Assembly (NCBI RefSeq): GCF_048593235.1
Contig: NC_133620.1
Coordinates: forward strand, 311,875,765-311,939,764
Reading direction: 5' to 3'
DNA: 64,000 nucleotides
DNA from: Sminthopsis crassicaudata
Taxonomy: Eukaryota
Shown here: positions 63,481 through 64,000 of the stretch, in pieces
Position numbering within the stretch: position 1 is the stretch's first letter
How the letters are laid out: every line of letters begins with the position of its first letter
Notes under the pieces: generated by a model
Seen by the model: the letters and a program-made list of their open reading frames with translations, nothing else
What the model was told of the DNA's origin: nothing
The model's database searches: none
Program-made: the position numbers and the translations under genes

Positions 63481-64000
63481 GATAATACATAGTAGATGAT
63501 TAATGGATACACAACTCCTTCCCTTCTGTCCCCCCCAAAAAGAGATAAGGTGAAATTTAAGTTCATCCATCCTGAATGTCAGTCCACTGGTCTCAGTAAT
63601 CTCTATATTTTAACTCTATAAGTTTATAGAGTTTTTAAAGGATAAGTGTAAGTTAGACTATTCCTGTCCCTGACAAGCTCACAGTTTCATAGGGAAGACA
63701 AGCATATGAAGTGGTAAATTATTTTTAATAGAACAAAGTAATGTAAAAATGAGTAGAAAACAAGTGACATATATTAGACTAGCAGTCAAGAATTTGAGGC
63801 TCTAGTCCTAAACTGTTTGTCTTTGGTCATCTCATTAATATCTCCAGACTTTAATTTCATTCTTTTTTGAAAGAGGGAAATAGAGACTGAGACTGTCAAA
63901 ACATAATATAGTAGAAGAGAGTAGGAATATTTGGAATCTGAGGAATTGAGATCAAATCCCTTTGCTAGTATGTAATTTTGAGCATGTTTTTCCTTCACCC

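Noticed and set aside
62196-64000. Further MFSD11 exons
   Set aside because: No splice-bounded segment matching the expected continuation (GGSLFGLLSK-like, recalled). It presumably lies beyond the window.

Overview
Eukaryotic genomic DNA from a marsupial. Abundant WSINE1-like and Mar1 CORE-SINEs plus marsupial-type L1 suggest an Australian, probably dasyurid, species such as the Tasmanian devil (inference). It is a gapped draft assembly with three N runs. The window holds the conserved cluster MXRA7(-) / JMJD6(-) / METTL23(+) / SRSF2(-) / MFSD11(+), syntenic with human 17q25. I resolved exons by reading GT-AG boundaries and checking phase. MXRA7: exons 1-2, separated by a 25.3 kb repeat-filled intron; the rest lies off the left edge or in a gap. 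JMJD6: complete 403-aa form plus an alternative terminal exon giving a 414-aa form. METTL23: complete, 237 aa, including an N-terminal exon. SRSF2: complete, 221 aa, with its 3'UTR intron and 104-nt cassette exon. MFSD11: first 10 coding exons. JMJD6/METTL23 and SRSF2/MFSD11 are head-to-head on CpG islands; METTL23/SRSF2 are tail-to-tail. The rest is L1, L2, MIR/Mar1/WSINE1 and several ERV LTRs with intact target-site duplications. I found no convincing new protein system. The most unusual features are: a solo LTR whose 3' end is an array of four tRNA-Lys primer-binding-site-like motifs; a solo LTR with three tandem perfect CArG boxes; a 71-bp micro-inversion between two inverted SINEs; and a 1.2-kb 99.9%-identical tract shared by two otherwise divergent dead L1s. 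Comparisons with human and mouse genes are from memory and were not aligned.
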